Below are positions 13,201-26,349 of a DNA stretch of 64,000 bases, one piece after another. Made by a program: the position numbers and the translations under genes. The notes under the pieces were generated by a model. It searched no databases. It saw only the letters and a list, made by a program, of their open reading frames with translations, and was not told where the DNA came from. Numbering within the stretch: the first letter of the stretch is position 1; the number at the start of each line of letters is the position of its first letter. Origin of the DNA: Marsupella aquatica (taxonomy: Eukaryota; Plantae; Marchantiophyta); the NCBI GenBank assembly GCA_973895155.1, contig OZ316897.1, forward strand, positions 17,828,457 to 17,892,456, given 5' to 3'.

Positions 13201-15542
13201 AGGTTACAATGTACAAAGTGAAAAAAAACATAGTGAATATTAAAATGTGAAGAAAATGCACACAATGAAGCTTTAGTTACTGCCCTCAATATGTTACCAT
13301 TTCATTCAAAAACATAATTATTCACTTTTTTTAGTGTACGTGCTTTCTTGGAGCAAGTACTAAGTGGAGGGGCAAGTCCAGATTGAGTTCATTGTGTGTT
13401 CATTGTATGGCACATGCAAATAAAGTTAACTCTAGATAAATGGCACTCCCACTATCCAATGTGCACTAATTTATTTTTCCATACCTTGATAAGTGCACAC
13501 CCCCTAAAATTTTCACTTAGTAATAAATGGCATCTCCACAGGTGAGCAGCAGTGTGACTCATTACACAAAATGTGAATACTTGCCCTAAATTTGGTGTCC
13601 ATAAGTCCAGATTTTCCTTTACTTAAAAAGGGTGTGCACTTATCAGTAAATGCAATCTCATTGGATTATGTGCTTACTGATAAGTGTACCATCTGTTTTA
13701 GTTTGAGTACACAATGCAATTATAACTTGTTTGGCACTTATAAAGTTATCATTTAGCTAAATGATTTTTGATATCTATCTGGCCTTAGAAAAGGTGAAAA
13801 AAATGCAAACTTCTTGTCAAATGATAAGAAAGAATTATAGGATGCCTTCTACTAAACCAAATTGGCTCTTGGACAGAACCTATTGTACATTGGGGCAAGG
13901 GTAAATATTGTATAGAGAAGGATTGACAAACATCAGGGATTGAGATTGTCATTATGTCAGGGTATGTACTTGCAAGGACAATAGGAGGATAGAGGAGGGA
14001 ATCCATTGGCATACTTAGGGAAGTATAGAAGGAAGAATAGAAAAGATTGTTTGTACTTGTTTTACAGAGTTACCTTTTTGCAGGGTTACTTTGGTTAATT
14101 TGTTTCTTCTATACTAAGTTTCTTTAGATTTTTCTGACACAGAAACTGCAAATTCAAATGAGCATCACTTTAAAAAAGGGCGCAACTCTTTATTATAGTT
14201 CTTCATATCTGTAATGGTTTGTCGTAACTATTATCTCTCTGAAGTCTCATTGTTTAGGACAGCGTGATCGACCAACACTTCTAGAGTTTAAGTCGGTGCA
14301 GACCGTGAATAACCTTAAAGATCCTGGGCCATTGACTCTCATGAAATGGTAGAAGCTATATATTTTTGCTTACTACCAGTACGTGTGTAACCTGCAAGCG
14401 ATGAAGCAATTTTCCAAATTTCAAGCCCGTCTCCTTCTCTTAGAGAATACCACACGAAAAAATCACGTATATTTTGTAGATTACGTATCTTCTTTTTGCT
14501 GTCATCTCAGACGTACTTAAACTTCAACCTCATCGTCTACACGCGGTTGGCCTCCCAGTCAACAAAACTGACTAAATAACCTCCCTTGTCTTCCACATGT
14601 ATGGGGAAAGTGAATTTTGACGTCTTTCTTTCCGAGAAATATTGATTTAGAACATGTAATTCCCAATGTCTCATCCGTCTTGGTCAGTTTCTTTTGATGA
14701 TCTGTCTCCAGGCTAAGGTGGTAGCATCTTTTTCCAGCGAGGCTGGCATATATTTAATTATTGATTTGTCAAATCTCAGGATATGCCGATTCCCTGGCTC
14801 TTCTTATAAATCCGCAGCATGTGGCCTTCTTTCAATTTAATTTATGGTGGTTGGTGTACTTAATAGAGTCCTTCGGCCTTGTATTGTGTACATGATTCAG
14901 AGGAAGAGGTGGCTATCAATCTCATGCTCCATATCTTTCCAGCTTTCGCTCCATCATGCAAAGTCAATTGCAGTTGGCATGAAATGGGGCCAAAATTTCA
15001 ATTCAATAAATTTTTTAGTTAGTAACACCCCGGTGGCGTCATGCCCGACATCTTTTTTTGTTAATAGCTTCTCCACAAGCAAGCCGTTCTGTCAATTGTG
15101 GCCGCTTCTCTAAATCTGATCATCTGAATAGAGTACTGTACGGGGTACTGTAGATCTTCACCGTCCAATTTGGACCACTGATAGACACACAAGTGTATTT
15201 AGTGAGCGGGATGTCGACGTGTTTTTGCTGATTGTGCTTTCCAGCTGTAGAGTGAGTGCCGTGGGTGTGCACCTCCTCTGTTTGAATTATTTTCTCACCA
15301 TGCGCGCCACCCTGTATTTTGAACGGGTTCAATTGCAGCATTATACATCGGGTTGTATAATGCTCAACTCTGAGCAGTGAATCAAGAAAGCAATCATTAT
15401 TCATTCTATCTGAATCTATTCATGTGTACACGCCAGCTATCTCTTTGTTCACATCTCGTGCTCATTTGTGCCTTAGCTCGCATAGTTGACAATATTTAGC
15501 AACAAACTTGTCAGAGGAGGGTTCTTTTTCACCCATCTTAAT

Positions 15543-15909
15543 TGTTGAGCATAGACGACGATCGCAACGGCTAGCCCATGAACCATCCAACGCACAATAG
15601 TCGACACAAGAGATACGTGGTTTACCTTCTTGAGGCTACGTCCACGGGAACACACAAGAGAGCTTTACTGAACTCTAAGCCTGTCGGCTATACCGAGTCT
15701 CCACAGTGTAAGCTCTCCCTATCTCTCAAGTGGCTCCATAACAATGAGCCTTGGTTCTACCTCTCCAAGCACACGTGCCTCTTATGATATAGTGTGCAAC
15801 TTAGTTGTACCTAACCACATAGTTGTACCTAATCACGTAGTTGTACCTAACCACGTAGTTGTACCAACCACGTCATACCTAACCTAGACGTAAGAGTAAA
15901 TACCCAACA
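15543..15909 (-). repeat. copia 3' LTR (367 bp)
   Basis: tgttgagcatagacg...tacccaaca; near-identical to 29902-30286 (about 9 substitutions counted by eye plus an 18-bp indel). Confidence 0.97.
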
Positions 15910-15920
15910 ATCTTCCCCTT
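15910..15920 (-). other. Polypurine tract of the copia element
   Basis: Minus strand AAGGGGAAGAT abutting the 3' LTR. Confidence 0.8.
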
Positions 15921-16099
15921 GACTCTGGTCTAGGGGAGAGTAATACTGCCAATGTATATGATCCCTCAGCGGGAAGCGCTGGATAAAAACCAAACTGGTT
16001 TCCCTCCCTAACTAGAGCAAACCAGAACTAAGCCGTAGCCTAATACATAGGAATGAGGAAGAGCATATATCAATAATTACAATGAATGTTAAGAAAACT

Positions 16100-18740
16100 C
16101 TACTTGTGATGCAATTGCAAAACCTGCAATACGTCACGGTGTCTAGAGAAACTCTCCAAAGGAATCACTTTGGTAAATGCGTCAGCCGGGTTGAGTTTAC
16201 CATCAATCTTGACTAGCTCAAACAAATTATCAGACATAGCCTGCCTGATAAAATGGTACCTGACGTCAATGTGCTTCACTCTACTGTCCATCACCTGGTT
16301 CACAGCAAGGTGGAGCGCACTTTGACTATCACAATGGAGCTTCACTTTCCCCTGTGGCAATCCCATTTCAGTGATAAGTCTATCCAACCAAATCGCTTCC
16401 TTTGCTGCTTCCGCATCTGCAATATACTCCGCTTTTGTAGTAGACTGAGCAATACACTTCTGCAAAATAGACCTCCAACTTATGCATCCACCGCCAAGTG
16501 TGAACACGTATCCTGTTGTTGATCTCCTTCGGTCCAAATCTTGTCCATAGTCAGAATCTACATAGCCAATCAATGATCTAGCATTCTTTGCATTCGCATC
16601 AAATAAAAGACCATGATCCACGGTACCCTTCAAGTACCTGATAATTCACTTCACTGCTTCCCAGTGTACCTTCCCTAGATTCGACATGTACCTGCTCACC
16701 TTGCCCATAGCCATGGCAAGATCAGGTCTAGTGCAAGTCATCAAATACATGAGACTCCCCACTGCTTTATCATACGGAACCTTTGACATCAACCCCTTCT
16801 CTGTGTCATCCGTAGGACAGAACGCTGATGATAACTTGAAGTGTGGAGCCAACGGGGTACTTACTGGCTTGTTATTCCCCATGTTGAACCTTGCAATTAC
16901 CTTCCTTGCATAACTGCTCTGCGTCAACCATAGCTTGCCAGCCTCCAAGTCCCTAGTGATCTCCATACCCAAATCCTCTTAGCTAGCCCTAAGTACTTCA
17001 TCTTAAACTCTGCACTAAGCAGTGCCTTGAGCTTAACAATCTCAGACCTATCCTTGGCTGCAATTAGCATGTCATCCACATAAAGTACTAAAACAATGAA
17101 CCCAAAGACAACATTCTTCACCGGTTTCAAATACACACAAGGGTCAAATACACTTATGTGAAAACCTTGTGACCAAATCCAATCGTCAAACCGCTTGTTC
17201 CATTGTCTTGGTGACTGCTTCAACCCATACAAGGATTTCAGCAATCTACAAACCAATTCCTCCTGTCCTCTCTTCACAAAACCTAGCGGTTGTCTCATGA
17301 AGATCACCTCTTCCAATGTGCCATAGAGGAAAGCTGTGACAACATCCATCTGATCTAGCAGCAGACCAAACATTACAACAAGTACACACAATAGTCGTAT
17401 TGTAGAGTACTTAGCAACTGGTGAGAAGACCTCATTATAATCCACACCTTTCTCTTGTGTGAATTCCTTTGCTACCAACCTAGCCTTGTAGACCTTCAAT
17501 CCACCTCCTATGGAATTATTCTTCAGCTTGTAAATCCACTTGCTGTCCCTTAGGTAGCTTAACAAGCTCCCAAGTTTTGTTGTCCTTTAGTGACTGCATC
17601 TCCGTTTGCATTGTTGCAGTCCACTTCTGCTTCTCCTTTGAAGCACTTGTACCTCATCCTCTTGCAGTTGAGATGAATCAACCCACTGTCCATACCTTGG
17701 TGGAGCGCGTACAGTGCGACCAGATGCTCTTCTAGTCGATGACTCCGGCTGATCTGCGTGTGCTGGTACAATTTGAAGCTCAACAGCATCCACTTGCTGC
17801 TCACCAGCATCAACAAACTCCTCTAGTTCCTCTGGCACAGGAACCAGCTCCATAATTGGAGCAACTTCTTCTCTCCGGTCATGCACCTCATAACCAATCT
17901 CCCCCTCAACGAGATCCGGGATAGGAGATTTTCCTTTGTCAGTACGGGAGACCTGAGTATTCTCCCCCTCCTTCAATAATCTGGATTCATTGAAGAAAAC
18001 ATCCCTACTGACAACGAGCTTACAGGCAATAGGATCCCATAGCCTATAGGCTTTCACACCACTCTGGTACCCAAGAAAAATACATTTCTTGGAGGTAGGA
18101 TCCAACTTGGTCCTATTCTGCTTTGGTGTGAGAGCATATGCATCACTTCCAAAAACTACCAAGCCATGATAGTCTGCTTGCCGCTTATAGCGCATCTCAA
18201 ACGGCGTTTTGAAATTGATAGCATTAGAAGGAGAAAGATTTACCAAATAAGCTGCGGTATTGACAGCTTCTGCCCAAAATTCTTGTGGTAAACCTGATTG
18301 GCTCAACATACTCCGTGACCGCTCCAACAGTGTCCGATTGAGCCTCTCAGCGACACCATTCTGCTGCGGAATATAAACTGTGGTGAGATGGTGAGTTATC
18401 CCCTGTTCTGAACAGTACTCTTCAAATTCCATTGAAGTATACTCCCCGCCGTTGTCTGACCTCGGACTCTTCACCCTTGTATCCAAACACTTGATCGTGT
18501 TTCCAGTCTGATTCTCCACCTGGGCCTTTCACTTCTTAAAAATGGACAAGACATCAGACTTATGCGTCATGAAATAAATCCACACAAATCTTGAGTAATC
18601 ATCAATAAATGATACATAGTACAACTTTCCAGAGTGTGAGGGAGTCGGGGATGGACCCCACACGTCACTATGTATGTACTCAAGAACCGCTTTGGAACGA
18701 TGAGTTCCAACACCAAAAGCACGACGATGTTGCTTTCCAA
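16100..18740 (-). pseudogene. copia pol, 3' part (integrase, reverse transcriptase, RNase H) with stops and frameshifts
   Basis: HSDVWGP, RSDNGGEY, PQQNGVAERLNRTL, YKARLVAK, LYGLKQSPRQW, YVDDMLIA, GYVDSDY, RVKHIDVRYHF spread over several ORFs. Confidence 0.95.
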
Positions 18741-19065
18741 GAATAACAAGAAGCCTTAAGGGATGAGTCCAAAGCCTTATTTCTCTTTTCAAAATCTTCA
18801 TGATATTAAAAAGTGTATACCAAAAAACCACCAAAAAATGGTATGTATTTTCCAAACTAGACTCAAGAGAATTTTACCACCAAAATCTAAGCATATCTTA
18901 TATGATATTCTCACAATTGTATAAACCTTGAAATATGCACTTTATAAAAGTAATCAAAATCAAACTCATCGATCAGAGTTTAAGTCAAACTCAAAGTTTT
19001 ATAAAATATAACCCAACTTAAGCCCAAGTGGTTTCAAATGCTACGAGTCCCTCTATTTATCTAGT

Positions 19066-22000
19066 CTAATCCAAAGGGACCGCTTCCCCTTCCTCGGTTC
19101 CGGAAGTCTCTGTCGTCAATTCTGGAACAATTGTGGCATCGTCAACCACGCTATCCTCTCCGGCCTGAGGAATGTCTTCCCCACTCTCCTCATCCATCTC
19201 CCCCTGTCCGTCTTCCTCTTCAATGTTATCTGCAAGGTTAAGAATCCTCCCTTTCAACACACTGCTCTGTCGCTCGTCAATCTCAATGGCAACGCAATGT
19301 CTCCCCATGGCCAAGGAGGAGGTTGTCCCAGTCCCTGATCCTGAACAAATATCCAAAACCCAGTCTCCAACCTGACTAAAATGACTCACTTCCCAATCTA
19401 ACAATGCACGTGGTTTCTGATAAACATTCACTGCCTTGTTATCCCCGTTGTGTTTCAGCTTCTTAGTCACAGCTGCGCATACAACCACATTGTTCCTTGA
19501 TTCATTTGTGTCAAAATTGAAGTGCTCCAATGACCGTTTACCATCCTGGCTGTGAAAGCCAATTGTAAAGCACTCAAAGTTGCTGTTCAATCTTGGTCCA
19601 CCAGCATTCTTCACATTATCCTTAACCCTGAAAAGTCACAAAAAGTCAAGGAGTTATTTAAACTGAGAAACATGGTTCATGAAATCATGAATAACTAATA
19701 GTTGTTTTTTTCAAAAACAAATATTTCTTACCACACACAATTCTGGAACCCTCCATTACACTCCGCTTTCAAAACGGTCTTGATGGCCTCATATTGGTCA
19801 AGGCTGTGGTGAATGATAATACGCCACAACTTTGCAGTAGTAGCCACCTTGAACGATTGGACCATTTTTGTGATCTCCTCAGTTCCCCATCCAATAGTGT
19901 CTTCATGAAGACATCCAGGCAATGCAAACCCGTAGGGAATATCCACTAAAGCTAATGTGTAAGCCCGACCCGGAACCACCTCATGTAATCGCTGAGCATC
20001 ATGAGTAAAAATATCATAGTGCACATCACCAAACTCTGGATGCTCAAACGAATTTGGATGAAGTTCCCCCTCTTGGGTTTGCCGACTAGAAGTCTTCATG
20101 GATAGCCAATTTTGGGCTTGCACAATATGCGCATTGAATTTGTCCGGGAATGACTTGAGATCTTTGCCTTCCTCATCTCCCTTCTTTTTCCGGGAGGTGG
20201 TATCTTTCTACAAAAAGGAACTGTAGAATTAGAAACAAGGATTCCAAATACTAAATGAATTCAAACAATCATTCGAAGAAAGGTGACAGAATCTTACCCA
20301 TGTCTGGAAAACAGGTACAAAATTCTTAAGCACATTGTCTGTGCAATGCTCAGGGTACTTGGTTTTACAACCTAACCAACTCTCCTCGTGTAGACACGTG
20401 AGGAAGGCCTTCTGCACCTGCATCTGAAATTTGTGTCGAGTAAATTCGTGACCCATTTCCTGTAAAGAGAGTTCTTTAGTAAGAACTCTCTGTAACACTG
20501 GGCAAATCATATCAGGATCTTTCAAGGCCTGCATGTGTCTCCACTCTGTTAATTTCATGTCCTCATAAGGCAATTTGGCATCGATCTCCAGACTTAGAGA
20601 CTTTCTTCTTGCCTTTGTCTCCTTTTTGACCTTTGATCTCACACATCTCCCAATTGTCACAAATCTGCCTCACAAATGACCACACAGGATCTTGTCGGAA
20701 TGCCAACTGAAATAGGTTATCATTGGCATTAAGAACCTCAGCATCCTTTCGTACACCCCAATCCTTGAGATTGATTTCAGTAGCACACTCTTTCTTGAAA
20801 TCCTGGTTGGACGACAATCCATTCTCAACAAATCTCATGTGAATATAATTTACTCTCTGGATTGTCGTCATCTGTTGTCGAAATTCAGAATCAATATTGT
20901 GACTCCACGCAAGGTTTCTTGCCTCTTGCACACTCAATCCCGCAAATATCCAAGATTGCACTCTCCGAAATGCCTTGTTGTTAGGGAACTGAAGAGCAAG
21001 GTCTGCTTTGGCACAGGCTGAATGGTTGCCCCCAATCACATAATAATAGTAATCAGCTTTCCTTGAAAAATCAAAGTCTTGCCTAGTAGCACACTCCTTC
21101 GGATCCACCAAGAGGACAAACGGAGCTGCAAGTGGACTGGCACCTACAGTCTTCATCCGCAAGGTCAATTGGGTCAAGAAATATGGTTGGATGTGTCGGA
21201 CCTGGTAAATGGGCAAGCCCACAGCCTTCTCTCTCACTGGAGGGTAAAGTTGACCAATGTCAACGGTCACGGTCTCCTCTTGAACACCACATCTTCCCAG
21301 AATCTCCTCCTGGTACAATACCCGTGCATCCATTGACATTGATTGAGCCTTTTGCTCCAAATGCGTTGGAATTTTCTCCAAAGTCTTCTTTTTTGACTTT
21401 GTAGCACTTGGCTCGGTAGGCTCAGGAGTCATAGCAGGTCGCTTCTTTGAAGAAATGCGAGTTCCAGTCGTACCTTGTGCCGACCCACCAGTCAAAGCCG
21501 TTCCCTGGGATGATCTGCCAACTTGAGATCCCCCTCCAGATGCTGCTGCTTCCCGGGAGGTTGTAGGCGCTACCACGGTCAAAATATCATCGGGTAAAAT
21601 GCTAGGCCTCGATCCAGAAGGAACACCGGAAGCCCCAGATTTGGGTGGACGACTTACTCCCTTCTCTGCCGACCTTTTCCGGAGAATCTCTCTTGATTTT
21701 CGGATTGCACTCTTTAAAGTGCTAGCGTGAAATTCAAACACAAAACCGGAAATCTTTCCCGCGACGTCGTGGTAACGTTCCTCACTCGAAAGAGACTTGA
21801 CAGTCTCAATGATGCTATCGATGTCCTCATCGAGATAGCAGGTGGCAGCCGTTCCAGAAAACCTCTCCACATCCACGACAATCAAAGTTGATGTTTCCTT
21901 CGTTGTGATCAACATGTTCACAACTTCGTCGCCCCGTCGAAATACATCGATGCGGCCGTAATTTACCCACCCTAATGCCCCCGATGGAAGCCCCTCAAAT

Positions 22001-22131
22001 ACACACAGCATTAGGAAGGGCTTCTTCCATGTTTCCGTCCCTAAGGAAATCGTCCAGGATGAGTTGTGGAAGTCCGTCAAAGGATGGCGCGAAAAGATGT
22101 CATCCACCAGCTCTTCCTGTGACATTGTCAT
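19066..22131 (-). CDS. ParB/Srx-like domain plus beta-class N6A/N4C DNA methyltransferase-like fusion protein (element A cargo); one frameshift near 20580-20640
   Basis: Exons 22131-20298, 20207-19732 and 19627-19066 with phase-compatible GT-AG introns. ParB-like: PFVLLVDP...YYVIGGNHSACA...HNIDSEFRQQMT. MTase motif IV LALVDIPYG precedes YQKPRALL...DWVLDICSGSGT...AIEID (motifs X-I-II). Confidence 0.8.
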
Positions 22132-22950
22132 GTTTTTGCCTGATCTTCAAACCTGAGAACATACCACAAAATCAGTCCACTTCAACCCCAACCTGCGAGA
22201 CAAAGTGCCACAGAACCAAGGAATGTGCCAACAAATGGCTACTAAAACCGTGTCCTTACGGATCTAACAACGCTCTCGGCCACCCCAGGACTCCTATCAT
22301 GAATTCATGAAGGGAGTCTCCCTCTCACTCCGACCTTCATGAATTCATGAAGGGAGTCTCCCTCTCGCTCCGACCTTCATGAATTCATGAAGGGAGTCTC
22401 CTCTCTCTTTGCTTGTACACCTCGGTGATGCAGAAGGGTATTTAAAATAGGGTTCGGAGGGGGGTGACGTGAAGAAATCACCCAGGGCCTAAATTACTAC
22501 CTAAAACAGGGTCGAAATGAAGTGCGACCGCGACAACTCGCGACACGTCGCCGATGAGTGCTGAAAATGGCACGAAATTGGATAGCGAGATTGTTTTTCA
22601 CTCTTTTACAAAGGAAATCCAAATGACATTGAGTGAAAATGAATGGGCTGCCCCGTGTTCCTTGGTTATACATACTAATCACGGATCAGGCGCGACTTAG
22701 TAAAATTAACCCAGAATCATGATAAATCAATGTTTTTGGGCCAATTATTCATGAATATTTCGGGGTATTAACGGGAAAAAGCTTGCAAATTTCATGAATA
22801 TTTGATATTTTTGAAGTTAAAAAGTCCCAACAATCCGTGAAAAACTATAAATAGGCTCGTTTATTCATGACTCTTGGTCATTATTTTGAGAACATTTGTT
22901 AGATTTTACTGATTTTCTGAGTTTCTTGTCAATTTGCACTAGTTTTTCCA
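22132..22950. promoter_or_regulatory. Divergent promoter region of element A
   Basis: Lies between head-to-head genes; TATAAATA at 22846-22853 upstream of the transposase ATG; TTCATGAA half-sites at 22748 and 22791. Confidence 0.6.
22296..22407. repeat. 40-bp tandem repeat (about 2.8 units), each unit containing the palindrome TTCATGAATTCATGAA
   Basis: Palindrome copies start at 22296 (1 mismatch), 22336 and 22376, each followed by gggagtctcc. Confidence 0.95.
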
Positions 22951-25900
22951 ATGGCGGCGTGTTACGAATCAGATGATTATTCAGATGGAGTTTCTGATGA
23001 TGTTTCATTGCCGGATGGCCCCTGCACAGTGGTTGGCCCAGATATCCCTGGAATAACTACTGTTTTAGATATGCCACCCCCCACCCCTATGAGCAAGTTA
23101 AAATGTAGTCCTTTACGACTTGCAATTAGTGGGAAGAAATCATTGGTCGGTGGTAAAGAGAGGTCAGGGAGCTCCTCTGACTCCTTGGAGAGTATTGGTC
23201 CCCCTGGACGTCAAATTGTATCTCCTTTGTCACCAACAAAGGACAAATTGGGGAGTAATTTGGAAGGTTCAATGCCTATTTGGATGTCTGGGAAACGGTC
23301 TCATGAATTCATGAAGACTGGATTTGGAAAGACGAAGAAGGCACTAAGTGGGGAAAATGACAGAGATTTTTGTAGTCTCCAAAGTGTTCAGCGGCTGAAG
23401 CAAATGCCAAAAAGTAAAACCTTTGGTAAGCCAACGTCGGAAACATTTCACAGGGGGATGAGGGAAGAAACTAGACGACCAGTGTTATTGAAAAGTATTC
23501 CAGAAAAGAATTCTAATGTGCGTTCCTCAGTTTTACCTAGGAGTCATGGTGTTGGGGCAGGGAGCGGATCAAGTCACGGAAACTCAAATAGGGAAACCAA
23601 CCTGGTGGAGAGGGACCCTAGGAAAATATTGAAAGGGTCCCTACACGGTAATGGAGGGATTTCTGAAATACGCCCAGGTATTCCAAGGGTGCATAGAGTG
23701 AAGGAAGAGCCTCCATCTCCGAAGGCTGCAGGTCTGGAATCTAGGCATGTTCAAAAGCAAATGTTGGTGACCATTTCATCATCGAATGAAAGCGAGTCTT
23801 CGGAGAGTGGGGAGGATGATGATGTTTCGGTGGCATCTAGTCGTTACAAACGTACGAGCAACGCCACTTTGTGTGAAACAAAGTTGAAAGAGGAGGATAT
23901 CAAGAAAACAAATAGTAAGTACTGTTGTCAGAGTCATTGTCTCCTAAGTCTATCTCCAAAAGAAATTCGTGAGGCGCGTTCTAAATTTTTGAGGCAGAAA
24001 TCTCAGGATCGATCTTTATCTTTGCAGTGGCTTATAAAGCGAGACGGAAATGAAGGAGGGAGGCAGACTATATCTTACACGTTTGGTCAAAAGAGTATTT
24101 GTCGGAAAGCTTTCAAGCTTATATTTTGCGTTGGCAATCATAGATTAAATAGAATTTTGAAATTAGACAACCAAGACTTAGGATATTCTAAACCAGTTGG
24201 ACGCCCTCCATCTGTTAAAAGATTAGTCTTGGTCAGTTGGCTTAGGTCGTTTTTTGAGACACGCGTGGAAACATTGCCAAATAAAGAAGTTTCACATTTA
24301 CCGGATAATTATTCAAAGCTGGAGGTATGGAAGATCTACGACTCCAACTATGCCAAGATTGATGAATCTTCAAAAATATCCTATCGACAATTCTTGAAAG
24401 TTTGGGTTCAAGAATTTGGTCATGTGAAGATTCCTCCAGTCAATCGATTCAGTGCTTGCGCGGATTGCGAGGAGTTCAAATCAATTCGGGACAAAGCTGT
24501 CTCGGAAACCGAAAAGAGTAAGTTACTTACAAGTTTGACAAGTTTTTGTTTCAAGAATATGGCTTAACACATGATTTCTATTTTTTTTTGAAGAAACTAA
24601 CAAGTTGTTTTTCCAGGGCGAGGGGAAATTATGTTACAAAAACATAGAGACCAACAATCCAAAGAACGTGAGAAACTCGCGAAGTATCGTAAGAAATTTT
24701 TTTCAAATTCTGATAAATATTTGGGAGTTGTCATTGATGGGATGGATCAGAAGAAGACAAGGTTGCCTCATTGGCCGCGGCCCCCAAAATCGGTGGACGA
24801 AACATGTTTGATCCAAATGCACGTTGTCGGATGCCTGGTTTTCAATGGTGCACTATTTTCAAGAGTGTTTCTTAATTATCCTGTATTGCATAATGATGGA
24901 AACTTGACAGTCACAATCCTGCAAAGGGTGTTTCACGAATGGGAAGAAAAGCCTGGTGGCTTGCCGCCTGTTCTCTATCTTCAACTTGATAATACCAGTA
25001 GAGAAAATAAAAATAATTTACTCTTTGCCTATCTTCATATGTTGATTCGAAGAAAGGTTTTTCGGAAAATCAAACTAGGATTCTTGTTGGTTGGACACAC
25101 ACACGACCAAATAGATCAAATGTTCAGTCGATTTTCTAAACGACTAGCAAGGTTTAAGGCATTCACATACGAAAGCCTATGTGATATTATTTGTGAATCA
25201 TATCAACCCCAACCAAATATCACTCTTTTAAAGGAAACATATGATTTCCGTCAATATGCCTTCTCAGATCCACCTTTAGTCATTGAAAGGATTCGAAATG
25301 TTACCTTCCACCACCAGTACAAATTTGCATTTGACAAGTTGGAAAATCAAGTTCCAACCCAATGGGGGAAGAAGTTTTCCACGGACTCAACTTGGAAACC
25401 TGACGGAGGCGTGAAATTTTTGAGGGAAGAGGAGCCAGAAAAGGTGATGGGTTGTGCTCCCGGATTACCCCTTTTCAAAAAGGGGGATAAGAACGTTACA
25501 AGGACTCAACCAAATATGTCTAGTTCTTCAAGAATGACTTTGAAGGAGATGGATGATTCGTTAAATGAGATTCAAAAGGGAATACTTGCAGTTGAAACTT
25601 TATTCTCAGAAGAGGAAGTGAACTGGTGGAGAATGTTTTTTGAAGAGCAACGGGAATTGAATAAATCTTTGCTTCTTGATCAAAGACCATTGATTTTCCC
25701 TTTTCAATGGCCACGCTCCCAAAGGGAGATTGCTGTTGCTGCTGAAGTTCCCAGAGTCCTTGTCAATGAAGAGGAAATTGAAGAGAGAGTATACGGACCT
25801 ACCAGAGATATATACGTGGGTCCTTATCGGAATCAAGGAAAGATAGATGCAGAGAAGGAGAATATGGAAGGAGACTTTTCGGATCTTGAAGTCAACACTT

Positions 25901-26349
25901 ATATTTCTGTTGCTGGAGAAGAATCGGAAACATTTTGGGTGGCCAAGGTGGAAAGAATTGACCAGCGCGACGAGTTCAACATTCCAAAAATGATTTATGT
26001 TTTATGGCATGCTCCAAAAACCGGGTCAGATCCTTGGAAAGCCAAGTACTTACCAGAAGTCTTAAACTACGAAAAGAAGAAAAGTGGTCGTGGGAAAGGA
26101 ACTTTGAAACCAATATGGTTTCACCAAGAGCTTGATTTATCTTCAACGACTATTTTTGCTTACAACTTCATGTTGACAAAATCTGATACATTGTACAAAA
26201 AGACAGTAGATCGAATCAAAATCCGATTGACTGAATTTTTGGCAGAAGAGAAAGAGCAAGAACAAGAGAATGGATCAACTAGAACCCCGCTAGGAGATAA
26301 ATCTAGGGATATTTCATTTCAAGAATTGAGGACTTCTGGATCTGAGTAA
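22951..26349 (+). CDS. Apparently intact transposase of element A (~1099 aa, Sola1-like/DUF7869-type)
   Basis: join(22951..24517,24617..26349) is in frame (phase-1 GT-AG intron). Motifs CC..HC, ICRKAF, FSACADC, IDGMDQ, LYLQLDNTSRENKN, FLLVGHTHDQIDQMFSR; beta-rich C-terminal domain (FWVAKV..IYVLWH). Confidence 0.88.

Noticed and set aside
12393-13261. Short ORFs with repeated DTTSF/KDV motifs
   Set aside because: Translations of the minisatellite.
19066-22131. Bacterial contamination or prophage as the source of the ParB/MTase gene
   Set aside because: The gene has phase-correct spliceosomal introns and lies between TIRs with a TSD inside a plant copia element.
22296-22407. CRISPR-like 40-bp periodic palindromes
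   Set aside because: Identical spacers and only three units; treated as a tandem repeat carrying the element A motif.
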